DNA of 64,000 bases, from contig JAERTI010000043.1 in the NCBI GenBank assembly GCA_016844925.1, positions 197,110-261,109 on the forward strand. Direction: 5' to 3'. Position 1 is the first letter of the stretch. Every line of letters starts with the position of its first letter. Positions 47,357 through 56,389 of this stretch are shown here, one piece after another. Both the position numbers and the translations under genes were made by a program. Origin of the DNA: Candidatus Uhrbacteria bacterium (GTDB lineage Bacteria > Patescibacteriota > Patescibacteriia > UBA9934 > GWF2-40-263). The notes beneath the pieces were generated by a model that saw only the letters and a program-made list of their open reading frames with translations, had not been told where the DNA came from and made no database searches.

Positions 47357-48841
47357 ATGGGAGATTCCCACGATCTGAATAAGATTCGAGATTCACTGGA
47401 GCTTCTCAAGCGAGAAGAGCTTGTTCGCGTCGCTTCAAGGCATGTCCTGTCCGTCGATGTGTTCGTCGGGAAGTGGCTGATTGATGGCGAGGGACGCAAG
47501 GAGCATCGCGGTGTCATCCGTGCTGCGCTCAAGCGTCAGCTTACTCACGCGGGTCCGACCCCTCGTGGCGGCTACGACGACCGGCTCATCGAGATGCTTG
47601 GCGTCTATCAAGAGGCGACCGGGCTTCCACTCGCCGAGACGCTGACCTACCTGGGCCTGCTCGAGATTCACGCGTTCAACTACCGGAGCCACCAGGAGAG
47701 TGCGCGCTGCCTTGCGGCGGTGAAGCATGTGCTGGATGTCTTTGAGCAGCAGTTCAATCAGGTGAGTAAGGGGGGCACTGACGCAGAGCGGAGCTTGAAG
47801 GACCTGCTCAGGGAAAAGGGATTCAACCCAGACATCCCTCTTACGGGAAGTACCTGGCGCAAGCGCTATGCCGAGGGGGCTATTCACAAGATGGCCAGCG
47901 TCTTCGGCTGGAATTGTCAGGGGGGGAAGAGGCTTCCGTCTACGCCGCTGACCACGTCGGAGGTGTTTCAGTCGGTCATGGCGCTGTTTGCTAGGGATTG
48001 CCTGAATGTGCACTTCATTGGCTTGGGCCACGTGGCGTCAAACTTCGAAACGCTGATGGGCTTGAGGCACTTCGAACGGGCGGTTCAACAGTTTCACGAG
48101 GTGTCCAAGGCTGGGATGACACAGCGGCAGATGCGAGAGATTCGTGAGCAGCACGGCATCAACGTGCTGGCCTTCTTCTGTGGCCTGATTCTGGATCTCG
48201 CGCTTCGCCCCGAGGACTTTGAAGAGGTTCGTCGCTCAGGTCTGCTTGAGGGCAATGGCGCTGAGGCGCGACGTGTGCTGGAAGTCTGGCAGACGCTGGA
48301 CCGTCCGTGCACGCTCAAGCAGTTCGTGGACGTTGGGGGAACGCACTACGACTGGCAGCACTACGTGGAGGAAGACCGTCGGCAGCGTGAGGAGAATCTT
48401 CGCAGGGGGCTCGATGCACAGGAGCGCAAGCGACTGGCCCAGCTGCCCAAGAACAAGCGGAAGCAGGAACAAGAGCTGCCGACGATTGACTTCCGTGCGC
48501 TTGAGGAGCGTCTGGTCGTTGTCGAGCCGTTCATGGAGTGCTGTGAGCCGTCACAGGTCCGCACGCTCATCGTTCGTGGGTTCCTTCAGCATGGAGACAG
48601 GCTCCCAGCTGCCGCTGAACTGCAACCCAGGGAGATCCGAAAGCTCTGGAAGAGCTGTCGAAGCGCCTTCACGCGCAAGCGAGAGTTGGAGCGCCTCGTC
48701 AGGTACCTGGAGCTGCAAGGCGTGCTCAAGCGTGAGGGGAAGCTCTATCGCCTGGGTACCCCCTCGGCGAGGCAGCCAGACGCACAAGCACAGATCACGA
48801 AGATCAAGACGCTGATCAGCAGCGCACACGCGAGGTCCTAA
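47357..48841 (+). CDS. Paralog family member 4
   Basis: YDDRL, IVRGFLQHGDRLP, VLKREGKLYRL..PSARQPDA. Confidence 0.8.
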   Translation: MGDSHDLNKIRDSLELLKREELVRVASRHVLSVDVFVGKWLIDGEGRKEHRGVIRAALKRQLTHAGPTPRGGYDDRLIEMLGVYQEATGLPLAETLTYLGLLEIHAFNYRSHQESARCLAAVKHVLDVFEQQFNQVSKGGTDAERSLKDLLREKGFNPDIPLTGSTWRKRYAEGAIHKMASVFGWNCQGGKRLPSTPLTTSEVFQSVMALFARDCLNVHFIGLGHVASNFETLMGLRHFERAVQQFHEVSKAGMTQRQMREIREQHGINVLAFFCGLILDLALRPEDFEEVRRSGLLEGNGAEARRVLEVWQTLDRPCTLKQFVDVGGTHYDWQHYVEEDRRQREENLRRGLDAQERKRLAQLPKNKRKQEQELPTIDFRALEERLVVVEPFMECCEPSQVRTLIVRGFLQHGDRLPAAAELQPREIRKLWKSCRSAFTRKRELERLVRYLELQGVLKREGKLYRLGTPSARQPDAQAQITKIKTLISSAHARS

Positions 48842-48946
48842 CGAGGACCTGTACCCCGACTTCTCGTCGGGGCTTTTTGATTGACAAAAATGCTTGTGAT
48901 CGGTAGGTTTTTGGGCCGGAATACAAACCGGAGAAAGGACAGGTTG

Positions 48947-50386
48947 ATGAGTGATATCGATCTGACGCGAGTGGAGGAGGCGCTCAAGCGCACACGTGAA
49001 GGAGAGCTCCTTCGTCTGGCTGCACGCAACCCCATGAGCATTCCGTTGTTTGTGGATGCGGCGGTGAAGGCCGAAAGAGTGAAGGGTGTTGAAAAGGCGG
49101 TGAAGCGTGCGCTTTGCCGGCAGCTCAAGGCTCGGAGGCCGGGCAAGGGGTATGACGTCGTGCTCATGGAGATCCTGAGGGAGTACAAGGGCGCAAGTCA
49201 CGAATCGTTGGATTCGTTGGTTGCACTGGGCATGCTCGAGCGGCATGGCTTTTGCTACGACGATCATCGCGACAGTCTGGCTTGCGTTGAGGCTCTGGTG
49301 AGCTTTAGCACGGAAACGATGGAGATGGTCAGGGACTACGGACAAGAAGCAATTTCCTTGACCGCTAAGGCTCTTGCTCAGATGGGGATGCGGATTAGCC
49401 CTGGTGGCTTGGAGGGGCGCATTACGCAGGCGGCAGACGGGTTGGTTCACCACATGGCGATGGGGCTTGGGTGGAATTGCAGGAAGAAGAATTCTCTTGC
49501 TACGCCGATTACCACACCGGCCGTTTTGCGTGCAACGCTGCACATTCTGCAGAATCAAGAGATCGTGGTGCTTTCGGCAAGTGCCTCTGGGCAGGCACGA
49601 ATTTTGGTGGAGGCCACTCAAATGGTTCATGCCGTTTCCCAGCGCGGGATGACGGATGAACAGATCCATGCGCTGGTGGAAGACAAAAATCCAAATGTGC
49701 TTGGTCGCGCTTGCGCTCTTATAACCGACGGTGTTGTCACGATCGATCAGCTTCCCGTGGTCATGGCGACGGGGCTTCTTGGGCGAGGTCGACAAGTTGT
49801 CATGCGTGTCCTTGGTGACTGGAATGACCTTGGGCAATCTTGTTCATTGCAGCAGTTCATCGATCTTGGTGGCAACCGCGAGTCGTGGGAGCAGTACGAA
49901 CAAGCGCAACTTCAGCGAGAGCGGGAGCGAGATCGACTTCGGGCTGAAGAGAGGGAGCGAGCAGACGCCAACGCTCCCAAGCATCGCAAGCGTGGACAGG
50001 CGAATTGTCAGGAGAGTGAGACGGTGAACGTCGATTTCGGGGCTCTGTGTTCCGAGGTCAACGTCCATGTGAGTTTTGCTGATCTTGATCAAGACCTGAC
50101 GCGCGTGATCCTGGTGCACGGTCTTCTGCGCGAAGGAGACAGGCTCGTCTCCATGGCGAGGCTTCCTGCGCGTAAGGAGTCTAAGCTCTGGAGTCAGTGC
50201 CGCCCGCACCTGGGAGAAAACCCTTCCCGTAAGGCCTTCAAGCGCGGGTTGCAGGTTCTGATCTCGCGGCGCCTGGTGGCGATTTCGGGAGGGAAGCATT
50301 CGCTCGCTTCGCCCAGCGCTCGCTACCCGGAAGCTCAGCAGCTTCTCAAGCAGCTGCGTGGCTTGGTCGTCAAGTACGCCAGCTAG
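48947..50386 (+). CDS. Paralog family member 5
   Basis: GF.YDD, TP.TTP.V, GMTDEQ, LVHGLLREGDRL, KLW, GGK..L..PSARYPEA. Confidence 0.8.
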   Translation: MSDIDLTRVEEALKRTREGELLRLAARNPMSIPLFVDAAVKAERVKGVEKAVKRALCRQLKARRPGKGYDVVLMEILREYKGASHESLDSLVALGMLERHGFCYDDHRDSLACVEALVSFSTETMEMVRDYGQEAISLTAKALAQMGMRISPGGLEGRITQAADGLVHHMAMGLGWNCRKKNSLATPITTPAVLRATLHILQNQEIVVLSASASGQARILVEATQMVHAVSQRGMTDEQIHALVEDKNPNVLGRACALITDGVVTIDQLPVVMATGLLGRGRQVVMRVLGDWNDLGQSCSLQQFIDLGGNRESWEQYEQAQLQRERERDRLRAEERERADANAPKHRKRGQANCQESETVNVDFGALCSEVNVHVSFADLDQDLTRVILVHGLLREGDRLVSMARLPARKESKLWSQCRPHLGENPSRKAFKRGLQVLISRRLVAISGGKHSLASPSARYPEAQQLLKQLRGLVVKYAS

Positions 50387-50511
50387 AAACGAACGGATCC
50401 ACACGGGGTCCTGTGCCTCGACTTCACGTCGAGGCTTTTTTATTGACAGAGATCTTTGAAAGGCATAGGTTCTCTATCTGGCTCAAAGAATGGGTCAGCA
50501 AGGAGAGAGCC

Positions 50512-51963
50512 ATGACACATCCAAAAGAATTGGATGAGATTCGAAAACAGCTGCGGGGACCTGTCACAGAAGAAGTTCTGGAGAAGGCCGTCTCGCACCG
50601 GCTGGGGCTGGAGATCTTTCTGAGAGGTCTCTTTATGGAGGCGCCTGTCTCTAAGGAGTTTCGACCATTCGCCGAAGCGGCCCTGCGTAGGCAGGCGCTG
50701 GCCTCGCCGGTTGGGAAGCAGAGATATGATGAGCGACTTCTGGGGATCGTGGGTACTTATCGGTCGCAGTTTGTCGGCTCAGTGAGCACGACACTCAAAC
50801 ACGTCGCCCTTCTGGAGTCTTTTGGCTTCTGCTACGAGGATCCAAGAAAGACATCAGTTTGCCTGGTAGCTATCAGGGACTATGTCAATTACATGAGGCG
50901 AATGATCTGCCAACTGGGTCCAAATGGCCTGAGTGCAGCCATGGCGTTTCGTGTATCACAGGACACACCTGGCTACGAGGTTACTCATCCTGAAACCTCC
51001 CTTAGCTACGCGCGGCTCATCTTGCATGCCATGCAATGTGGTGTGCCAAGGCCGCATGCGACACCTGTCACGAGCCCGGAGGTTCTTCAGGCCGTTGTGT
51101 CCGTGACGTTGCAGCGAAGTGACGATCGTGGGTATTTCCGATCACTTCTCAGTGGTGGGTTAACCTCGACGCAACAATCGATTGTCATCTCAAATCGGCT
51201 AGTTGAGCAGCTTCATGTGCTCAGTTGTGCTGGGATGAGTGATGAACAGATGCGCGTTGTTCGAGAACGACATGGCGCGGAGGTGTTAGCCCTGTTTGCT
51301 GGTCATGTTCATTCTGGTCGTGCTGTTCCAGATCAGTTCAATGAACTGATCGCGCTTGGTGCGCTGGAAATGAAAGAGTGTGAGCTCGGTCAGTTGCTCG
51401 AGCAGTGGAACGCTGCTGGTCAACCTGGAACCCTTGCATTGTTCAAGGATATAGGTGGGACTAAGGAGGATTGGGAACGCCACCTAAGCAATAAGAGAAA
51501 CCAACGTGCACAGGAGCTTGAGACGGGTTTGGCACAGCGAGAAAAGCGTCTGCGCTCCATGATGGGAAGCGGGAAAAAACGTAGGCACACGAGCTACGTT
51601 CCACCCCAGCCAAAGACCATTAACTTCGACACACTCGAAAGACAGCTGGAGGTTCATTCGCTGTTTTCCGAGTTTGACGAGGCCTGTGTCAGAGCTGTGA
51701 TTGTGAGAGGTTTCCTCAAACATGGAGACCGGCTCCCAAAGAGCCTTCATGAGGCAGAGCAGCGAGATCTCAAAAAACTTTGGAAAGCTACCCGGACCCT
51801 GTTCGGAAGCCGTCGAGAGTTCAACGCACTCTTAAGCGCCATGGAGAAGGCACACGTTGTCCTTCGTAAGGGGGGTAAGTACCAGCTGCACTGGCCGGGA
51901 GCACGCTTCCCGGAGGCACGCGCGCAGGTGCTGGAGATCAAGAAGCTCCTGGCTCGCGCATAG
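50512..51963 (+). CDS. Paralog family member 6
   Basis: YDERLL, IVRGFLKHGDRLP, VLRKGGKYQLHWPGARFPEA. Confidence 0.8.
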   Translation: MTHPKELDEIRKQLRGPVTEEVLEKAVSHRLGLEIFLRGLFMEAPVSKEFRPFAEAALRRQALASPVGKQRYDERLLGIVGTYRSQFVGSVSTTLKHVALLESFGFCYEDPRKTSVCLVAIRDYVNYMRRMICQLGPNGLSAAMAFRVSQDTPGYEVTHPETSLSYARLILHAMQCGVPRPHATPVTSPEVLQAVVSVTLQRSDDRGYFRSLLSGGLTSTQQSIVISNRLVEQLHVLSCAGMSDEQMRVVRERHGAEVLALFAGHVHSGRAVPDQFNELIALGALEMKECELGQLLEQWNAAGQPGTLALFKDIGGTKEDWERHLSNKRNQRAQELETGLAQREKRLRSMMGSGKKRRHTSYVPPQPKTINFDTLERQLEVHSLFSEFDEACVRAVIVRGFLKHGDRLPKSLHEAEQRDLKKLWKATRTLFGSRREFNALLSAMEKAHVVLRKGGKYQLHWPGARFPEARAQVLEIKKLLARA

Positions 51964-51989
51964 GAGGTTCACCTGAGGTCCATACGGGA
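51671..51989 (+). repeat. Direct repeat copy 1 (3' end of paralog 6)
   Basis: Near-identical to 53268..53587; the last ~100 bp around the stop are identical. Confidence 0.85.
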
Positions 51990-52090
51990 CATCACCTCGA
52001 CTTTTCGTCGAGGTTTTTTAATTGACAGAGACCCATGAAAGGCATAGGTTCTCTATCTGGCTCAAAGAATGGGTCAGCAAGGGGAGAGTC

Positions 52091-53560
52091 ATGACGCATC
52101 CAAATGAATTGGATGAGATCAAGAAGGGCTTCGAGGGCCCAGGAAGAGAGAAGATTTTGCTGAAAGCAAGGTCTCATCAGCTGGGTCTGGGGATCTACAT
52201 CGGGGAGATGCTTTCTCGAACAAGGGTTTCAGTTGCTTACAAACCGTTTGCGGCAGCAGCTCTGAGGCGGCAGTCTCTAGCGACACCAGCTGGAAAGCAG
52301 GGATACGATGAGAGGCTCCTGCAAATTCTGAAGGTCTATCAAGAGACGTTCGGCACCACGGTTACGTCGACACTCTGGCACGTGGCCGTGCTTGAGGAGT
52401 TGGGGTTCAGCTACGACGACCCTCGTCAGACAGCCGTGTGCTTGATGGCATTGAAGGAGCACCATCGTTTGATTCAGGAATTAGGTTTCCTTTTCAGACC
52501 TGGTGACAAGAACCAACAGCGAGGACGCGTTACGGTTTACGATTATTCGGGCTGCGACGTGACACGACCGGAAACATCGGTTAAGTACGCAAAGGGTTTT
52601 CTTTCGATGCTCAGGCGCGCGCTCCGTGACGACAAACGTTCGCATGAGGATACGATTCCAACAACCTCTCCGGAGGTACTGTGTTCAGTGGTGGATCTCG
52701 CTTTTCTGGAGAAGGAGAACTCTCCAGCAGATGCAAGAAAGGAATTCGAGGCGGGGCTGCTCAATCGCGCGCCAGTTGTGGTCGTTAAACATAATCCGTT
52801 CAGGCTTCTGCATTTCCTCCACTTGGCTGGAATGAAAGACGCAGAAATGAGAAAGATTCGTGAGGCGCATAACGTCAATGTCCTGGTTGAGTTCGCCAGG
52901 CATGTTAGAGGAGGGTGGGCTGACATTGGTCAGTTCGATGAGCTGATCGCTGTTGGTGCGAGGTCAATGAGTCACGAACAGCTTAAGTACCTGCTCCAGC
53001 ACTGGAGCGCTGCGGGCAAACCTGGGACACTGCAGGCGTTCAAGGATGCAGGAGGTTCACAGGAGGACTGGGATCGTAAGGTTGAGGAGGATGAGGTCCA
53101 GCGCAAGCGGGCTCTAGAGGAAAGTCTTGCTTCACAAGAAGAACAGCTGCGCGCCCAGCGTGGGTCAGGAAAGAAACGTAAGCACACCACTTATGTGCCG
53201 CCTACTCGCAAAGATATAGACTTCGACGGTCTCGAAAGTCAGCTGGAGATCCATCCGCTGTTTTTCAAGTTTGACGAGGCCTGTGTCAGGGCTGTGATTG
53301 TGAGAGGTTTCCTCAAGCACGGAGACCGGCTCCCAAAGAGTCTTCATGAGGCAGAGCAGCGAGACGCCAAGAAGCTGTGGAAAGCTACTCGGACTGTGTT
53401 CGGGAGCCGCCGAGAGTTCAACGCACTCATGAAAGCCATGGAGCAGCAGCACGTCGTCCTTCGCAAGGGGGGTAAGTACCAGCTGCACTGGCCGGGAGCA
53501 CGCTTCCCGGAGGCACGCGCGCAGGTGCTGGAGATCAAGAAGCTCCTGGCTCGCGCATAG
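52091..53560 (+). CDS. Paralog family member 7
   Basis: C-terminal ~95 aa nearly identical to member 6; middle region diverged. Confidence 0.8.
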   Translation: MTHPNELDEIKKGFEGPGREKILLKARSHQLGLGIYIGEMLSRTRVSVAYKPFAAAALRRQSLATPAGKQGYDERLLQILKVYQETFGTTVTSTLWHVAVLEELGFSYDDPRQTAVCLMALKEHHRLIQELGFLFRPGDKNQQRGRVTVYDYSGCDVTRPETSVKYAKGFLSMLRRALRDDKRSHEDTIPTTSPEVLCSVVDLAFLEKENSPADARKEFEAGLLNRAPVVVVKHNPFRLLHFLHLAGMKDAEMRKIREAHNVNVLVEFARHVRGGWADIGQFDELIAVGARSMSHEQLKYLLQHWSAAGKPGTLQAFKDAGGSQEDWDRKVEEDEVQRKRALEESLASQEEQLRAQRGSGKKRKHTTYVPPTRKDIDFDGLESQLEIHPLFFKFDEACVRAVIVRGFLKHGDRLPKSLHEAEQRDAKKLWKATRTVFGSRREFNALMKAMEQQHVVLRKGGKYQLHWPGARFPEARAQVLEIKKLLARA

Positions 53561-53587
53561 GAGGTTTATCTGAGGTCCATACGGGAC
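53268..53587 (+). repeat. Direct repeat copy 2 (3' end of paralog 7)
   Basis: Near-identical to 51671..51989. Confidence 0.85.
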
Positions 53588-53680
53588 CTCTTTTTTGTTG
53601 CCTGGATCACTTGACGAACGGCGTTATATTTAGTAGTTTAAAAATCCGTGTGCTCAAAATGGGGCACGGAAGGAGGGTTC

Positions 53681-53989
53681 ATGGCAGAGGTGGATTTGAT
53701 CAACGAGGCCGAGCACGAGGCGTTCAACGCGCGCACGCATCGTTTCGCGCTCTGGGTGTTCGCGATGGAGCTCACTGGCGCTGGTGCGCTGGTGGTGACG
53801 GCTTTGTACGGAGGCAGCTTCTGTCTGCTCGCGATCGGGCTGTGCTTCCTTCGCTCACTGGCGATGGTGCTGTGGGGTCACTGGCTGCTCAAGGAGGCTC
53901 CCGAAGGTGGTCTGATGGGTGACTACGATGACCTCGACGAGGACGACGACTGGGAGACCTGGCCCGAGGCGGTGCCGGCTTCCATCTGA
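53681..53989 (+). CDS. Small two-TM membrane protein with acidic tail
   Basis: AGGAGG SD, hydrophobic pair, DYDDLDEDDD. Confidence 0.6.
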   Translation: MAEVDLINEAEHEAFNARTHRFALWVFAMELTGAGALVVTALYGGSFCLLAIGLCFLRSLAMVLWGHWLLKEAPEGGLMGDYDDLDEDDDWETWPEAVPASI

Positions 53990-54026
53990 GGCGACGACGC
54001 CTCTTTTTTTGTTATACTTTCTTTGT

Positions 54027-54575
54027 ATGAAAAAACTGTATTTACCTATTTTACTTGGGACAGCCCGTGAGGGGCGAATGTCCGAGCGTGCGGCGAAGTT
54101 TCTTCTTGCTAGAGCGCAAGATCATGATTTTGAAACAGAACTTCTTGATGTGAGAGATTTTGTTGGGGCGGGTGTTACTAAAGGGATGGCTGAAGAGCCG
54201 GCGAACCGTTGGCAAGAGATTGCGGCTCGCGCGGACGGGTTCATCGTCGTCGCGCCGGAGTACAACAATGGTTACCCTGGCGAACTAAAACTTTGGCTCG
54301 ACCAGCTCTATTCAGAATATGCGAACAAAGCTGTGGCCATTTGTGGTGTGAGCGCGGGTTGGGGAGGGGGTATTCGCGTGGTCAAGCAGCTCGTGATGAT
54401 CATGCATCAGTTCAAGATGTTCCCGATTCGTAATGCGCTCTACTTTCCTTCTGTGCAAGATTTGATTAGTGAGGAGGGAGAGATTGGCGAGGAGCGCTAC
54501 GAGAAGAATGCAGCGACGATGTTCGAAGAGCTTGTGTGGCTCGCCGAGGCATTAAAAGCAAAACGTGAATCGTAA
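54027..54575 (+). CDS. NADPH-dependent FMN reductase family
   Basis: LGTAR.GR.S, ADG..VVAPEYN.GYPG.LK..LD. Confidence 0.9.
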   Translation: MKKLYLPILLGTAREGRMSERAAKFLLARAQDHDFETELLDVRDFVGAGVTKGMAEEPANRWQEIAARADGFIVVAPEYNNGYPGELKLWLDQLYSEYANKAVAICGVSAGWGGGIRVVKQLVMIMHQFKMFPIRNALYFPSVQDLISEEGEIGEERYEKNAATMFEELVWLAEALKAKRES

Positions 54576-54631
54576 CTCTTGTGGATGGCGCTTTACTTGA
54601 CTAAAGTGAAGGGCCATGATAGCTTGCTGAT

Positions 54632-54925
54632 ATGAAGTTAGAAAACAAAGACACGGAGAACTTGTTTCTCGCCATCTTGAGTCTACAAACCCTTGAAGAA
54701 GCCAAGGCGTTCTTTCGAGATTTGTTGACTGAGAAGGAGATTGAAGAGTTTTCTAATCGTTGGAAAGCGGCGCGTATGCTCTCAGAAGGAATCCCGTATT
54801 CAAAGATTCAGATGGAGACGGGGCTTTCATCTCGCACGGTAGCTCGTATTTCTAAATGGCTTCAATCAGGTATGGATGGCTACAAACTTCTCATTAACCG
54901 AACCCATCATCATGACGATCTCTAG
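54632..54925 (+). CDS. TrpR-like (YerC/YecD) protein with C-terminal HHH
   Basis: FFRDLLT.KE....RW.AARML..G.PY..I...TGLSS.TVARISKWL..G..GY; ends THHHDDL. Confidence 0.9.
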   Translation: MKLENKDTENLFLAILSLQTLEEAKAFFRDLLTEKEIEEFSNRWKAARMLSEGIPYSKIQMETGLSSRTVARISKWLQSGMDGYKLLINRTHHHDDL

Positions 54926-54980
54926 GAGATGCGTCATTTGAGTTTTCAAAAACACGCGTCTCCCGGCGCGTGTTTTTTAT
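54905..54980 (+). promoter_or_regulatory. His-type attenuator (1:2, 2:3, 3:4 helices)
   Basis: ATGACGATCTC pairs with GAGATGCGTCAT; GGAGATGCGT pairs with ACGCGTCTCC; terminator AAAACACGCGTC-TCCC-GGCGCGTGTTTTTT. Confidence 0.75.
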
Positions 54981-54996
54981 TCTGTAATCAAACACT

Positions 54997-55698
54997 ATGA
55001 ACAAGATATTACTTATTGGAGGAACCCACGGTGACGAGCCCGTTGGTGTGCGTGCACTTGAGGCAATTGAGGGGCGTCGAAGTGACTTCGATTGGATCGA
55101 GGGAAACCCACGAGCACTAAAGGTTGGAAAACGATTTACGCAGACAGATTTGAACCGCAGTGCTCCCGGTGACTTACAGTCGGAGAATTATGAGGAGAGA
55201 CGGGCGGCTGAGTTGGTGCGACTCTCTGCCAAGTATGAGTACACCATCGATCTGCACGGTACGAGTAAGCAGACAGGCATCTTCTTGATCGTGACGAACC
55301 CTACACGGGCGAATCTTCGGCTCGCGCGGATGCTCGATGTTGATCGTGTGGTGATCTGGCCAGCGATCACGCCCGACTTGGAGGGGCCCGTGAGTGAGTT
55401 CTTCCCCTGTGGGCTGGAGATTGAGTGTGGGTCGAAAGATGCTCCTCAGACGCAAGTGGAACTAGAGAAGATTCTAGAGACGTTTCTTGAGCGGGGTGAG
55501 CGGACGTCAGAGCGGGGGCAGGTTTTCTATGAGGTGTACGGAGAGCTTCGCGGAGACCCAGGTGTCGAGCTTGAGGAATTCGTCGAGGTGACAGTCGACG
55601 GGGAAACGTTCACGCCGCTGCTCGTTGGAACCTATCAAGATGCGTATGGCGTGGCGTGCTACAAGCTTCGCCGTGTGGATCCGGAGACGTTGCGTTAA
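54997..55698 (+). CDS. Succinylglutamate desuccinylase/aspartoacylase family deacylase
   Basis: GGTHGDE, GNP.A, DLNRS, YE..RA, IDLH, EIECG. Confidence 0.88.
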   Translation: MNKILLIGGTHGDEPVGVRALEAIEGRRSDFDWIEGNPRALKVGKRFTQTDLNRSAPGDLQSENYEERRAAELVRLSAKYEYTIDLHGTSKQTGIFLIVTNPTRANLRLARMLDVDRVVIWPAITPDLEGPVSEFFPCGLEIECGSKDAPQTQVELEKILETFLERGERTSERGQVFYEVYGELRGDPGVELEEFVEVTVDGETFTPLLVGTYQDAYGVACYKLRRVDPETLR

Positions 55699-55755
55699 GC
55701 AACGCTCCTGTCCCTGCCACTGAAACGCTTTCAGTGGTGAGACCAGGAGAGAGCC

Positions 55756-56334
55756 ATGACGATCCGACTGATTGATCCGACGCGCGATATGGATCGCGCC
55801 ATCGAGCTGTACCAGACCTGCTTTGCCGAGCCGCCGTGGAACGAGCGGTTCGATGAGGGTGAGCTCCGTGCAGAGTTCATGGAGAAGCTCAGCTGGCCCG
55901 ACGCCATTTTCCTCGTCGCAGAGGATGATGACGGCCAGGTGATCGGCGGCGCGCTGGGCTTCCATGTGTGCCGTAAACCTGACGTGTGCGAGCGCATCCC
56001 CGATGTGGATCGCAACAGCTTCTACGTGGCCGAGCTCTTCGTGGATCCGGACGCTCGGGTTCGCGGGGTATGTCGCAAGATGAACAGCGCCCTGCTCGAG
56101 CTCGCACGTCGCTTCGGCTACAGCCGTGCGAGCGTGCGCACGAGCGTGGAGCAGGGGATCATCCGGCATCTGTTCGTTGGTGGGCTCGAGTTCACTGTGG
56201 TGGCTCGGCAGGACGTTGTCTCCACCAAGTGGATCGATGGCGTCGAGCAGCAGGTGCCTGACACGCGAGTGCTCATGTGCGGAGCGATTCCCAACATGCA
56301 GGCGACGACCAGTGTCGCTGCAACGAGAGTGTGA
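55756..56334 (+). CDS. GNAT acetyltransferase
   Basis: F.EPPWNE, YVAELFVDP..RVRGV. Confidence 0.85.
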   Translation: MTIRLIDPTRDMDRAIELYQTCFAEPPWNERFDEGELRAEFMEKLSWPDAIFLVAEDDDGQVIGGALGFHVCRKPDVCERIPDVDRNSFYVAELFVDPDARVRGVCRKMNSALLELARRFGYSRASVRTSVEQGIIRHLFVGGLEFTVVARQDVVSTKWIDGVEQQVPDTRVLMCGAIPNMQATTSVAATRV

Positions 56335-56389
56335 TGCACTCAAGACGGTAGGTGACTACCGTCTTTTTTTCTTGTAGACTGCTGAGCAT

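Noticed and set aside
40105-50404. Long minus-strand ORFs (e.g. 40105..41061, 42485..43423, 44690..45601, 48551..49837)
   Set aside because: Opposite to genes with SD sites, promoters and paralog-supported motifs
45680-53600. Recurring GAGGTCC..GGACCT hairpins as a CRISPR array or integron attC sites
   Set aside because: Spacing is about 1.55 kb with whole genes between; no cas or integrase gene in the window; no consistent RYYYAAC/GTTRRRY pairs
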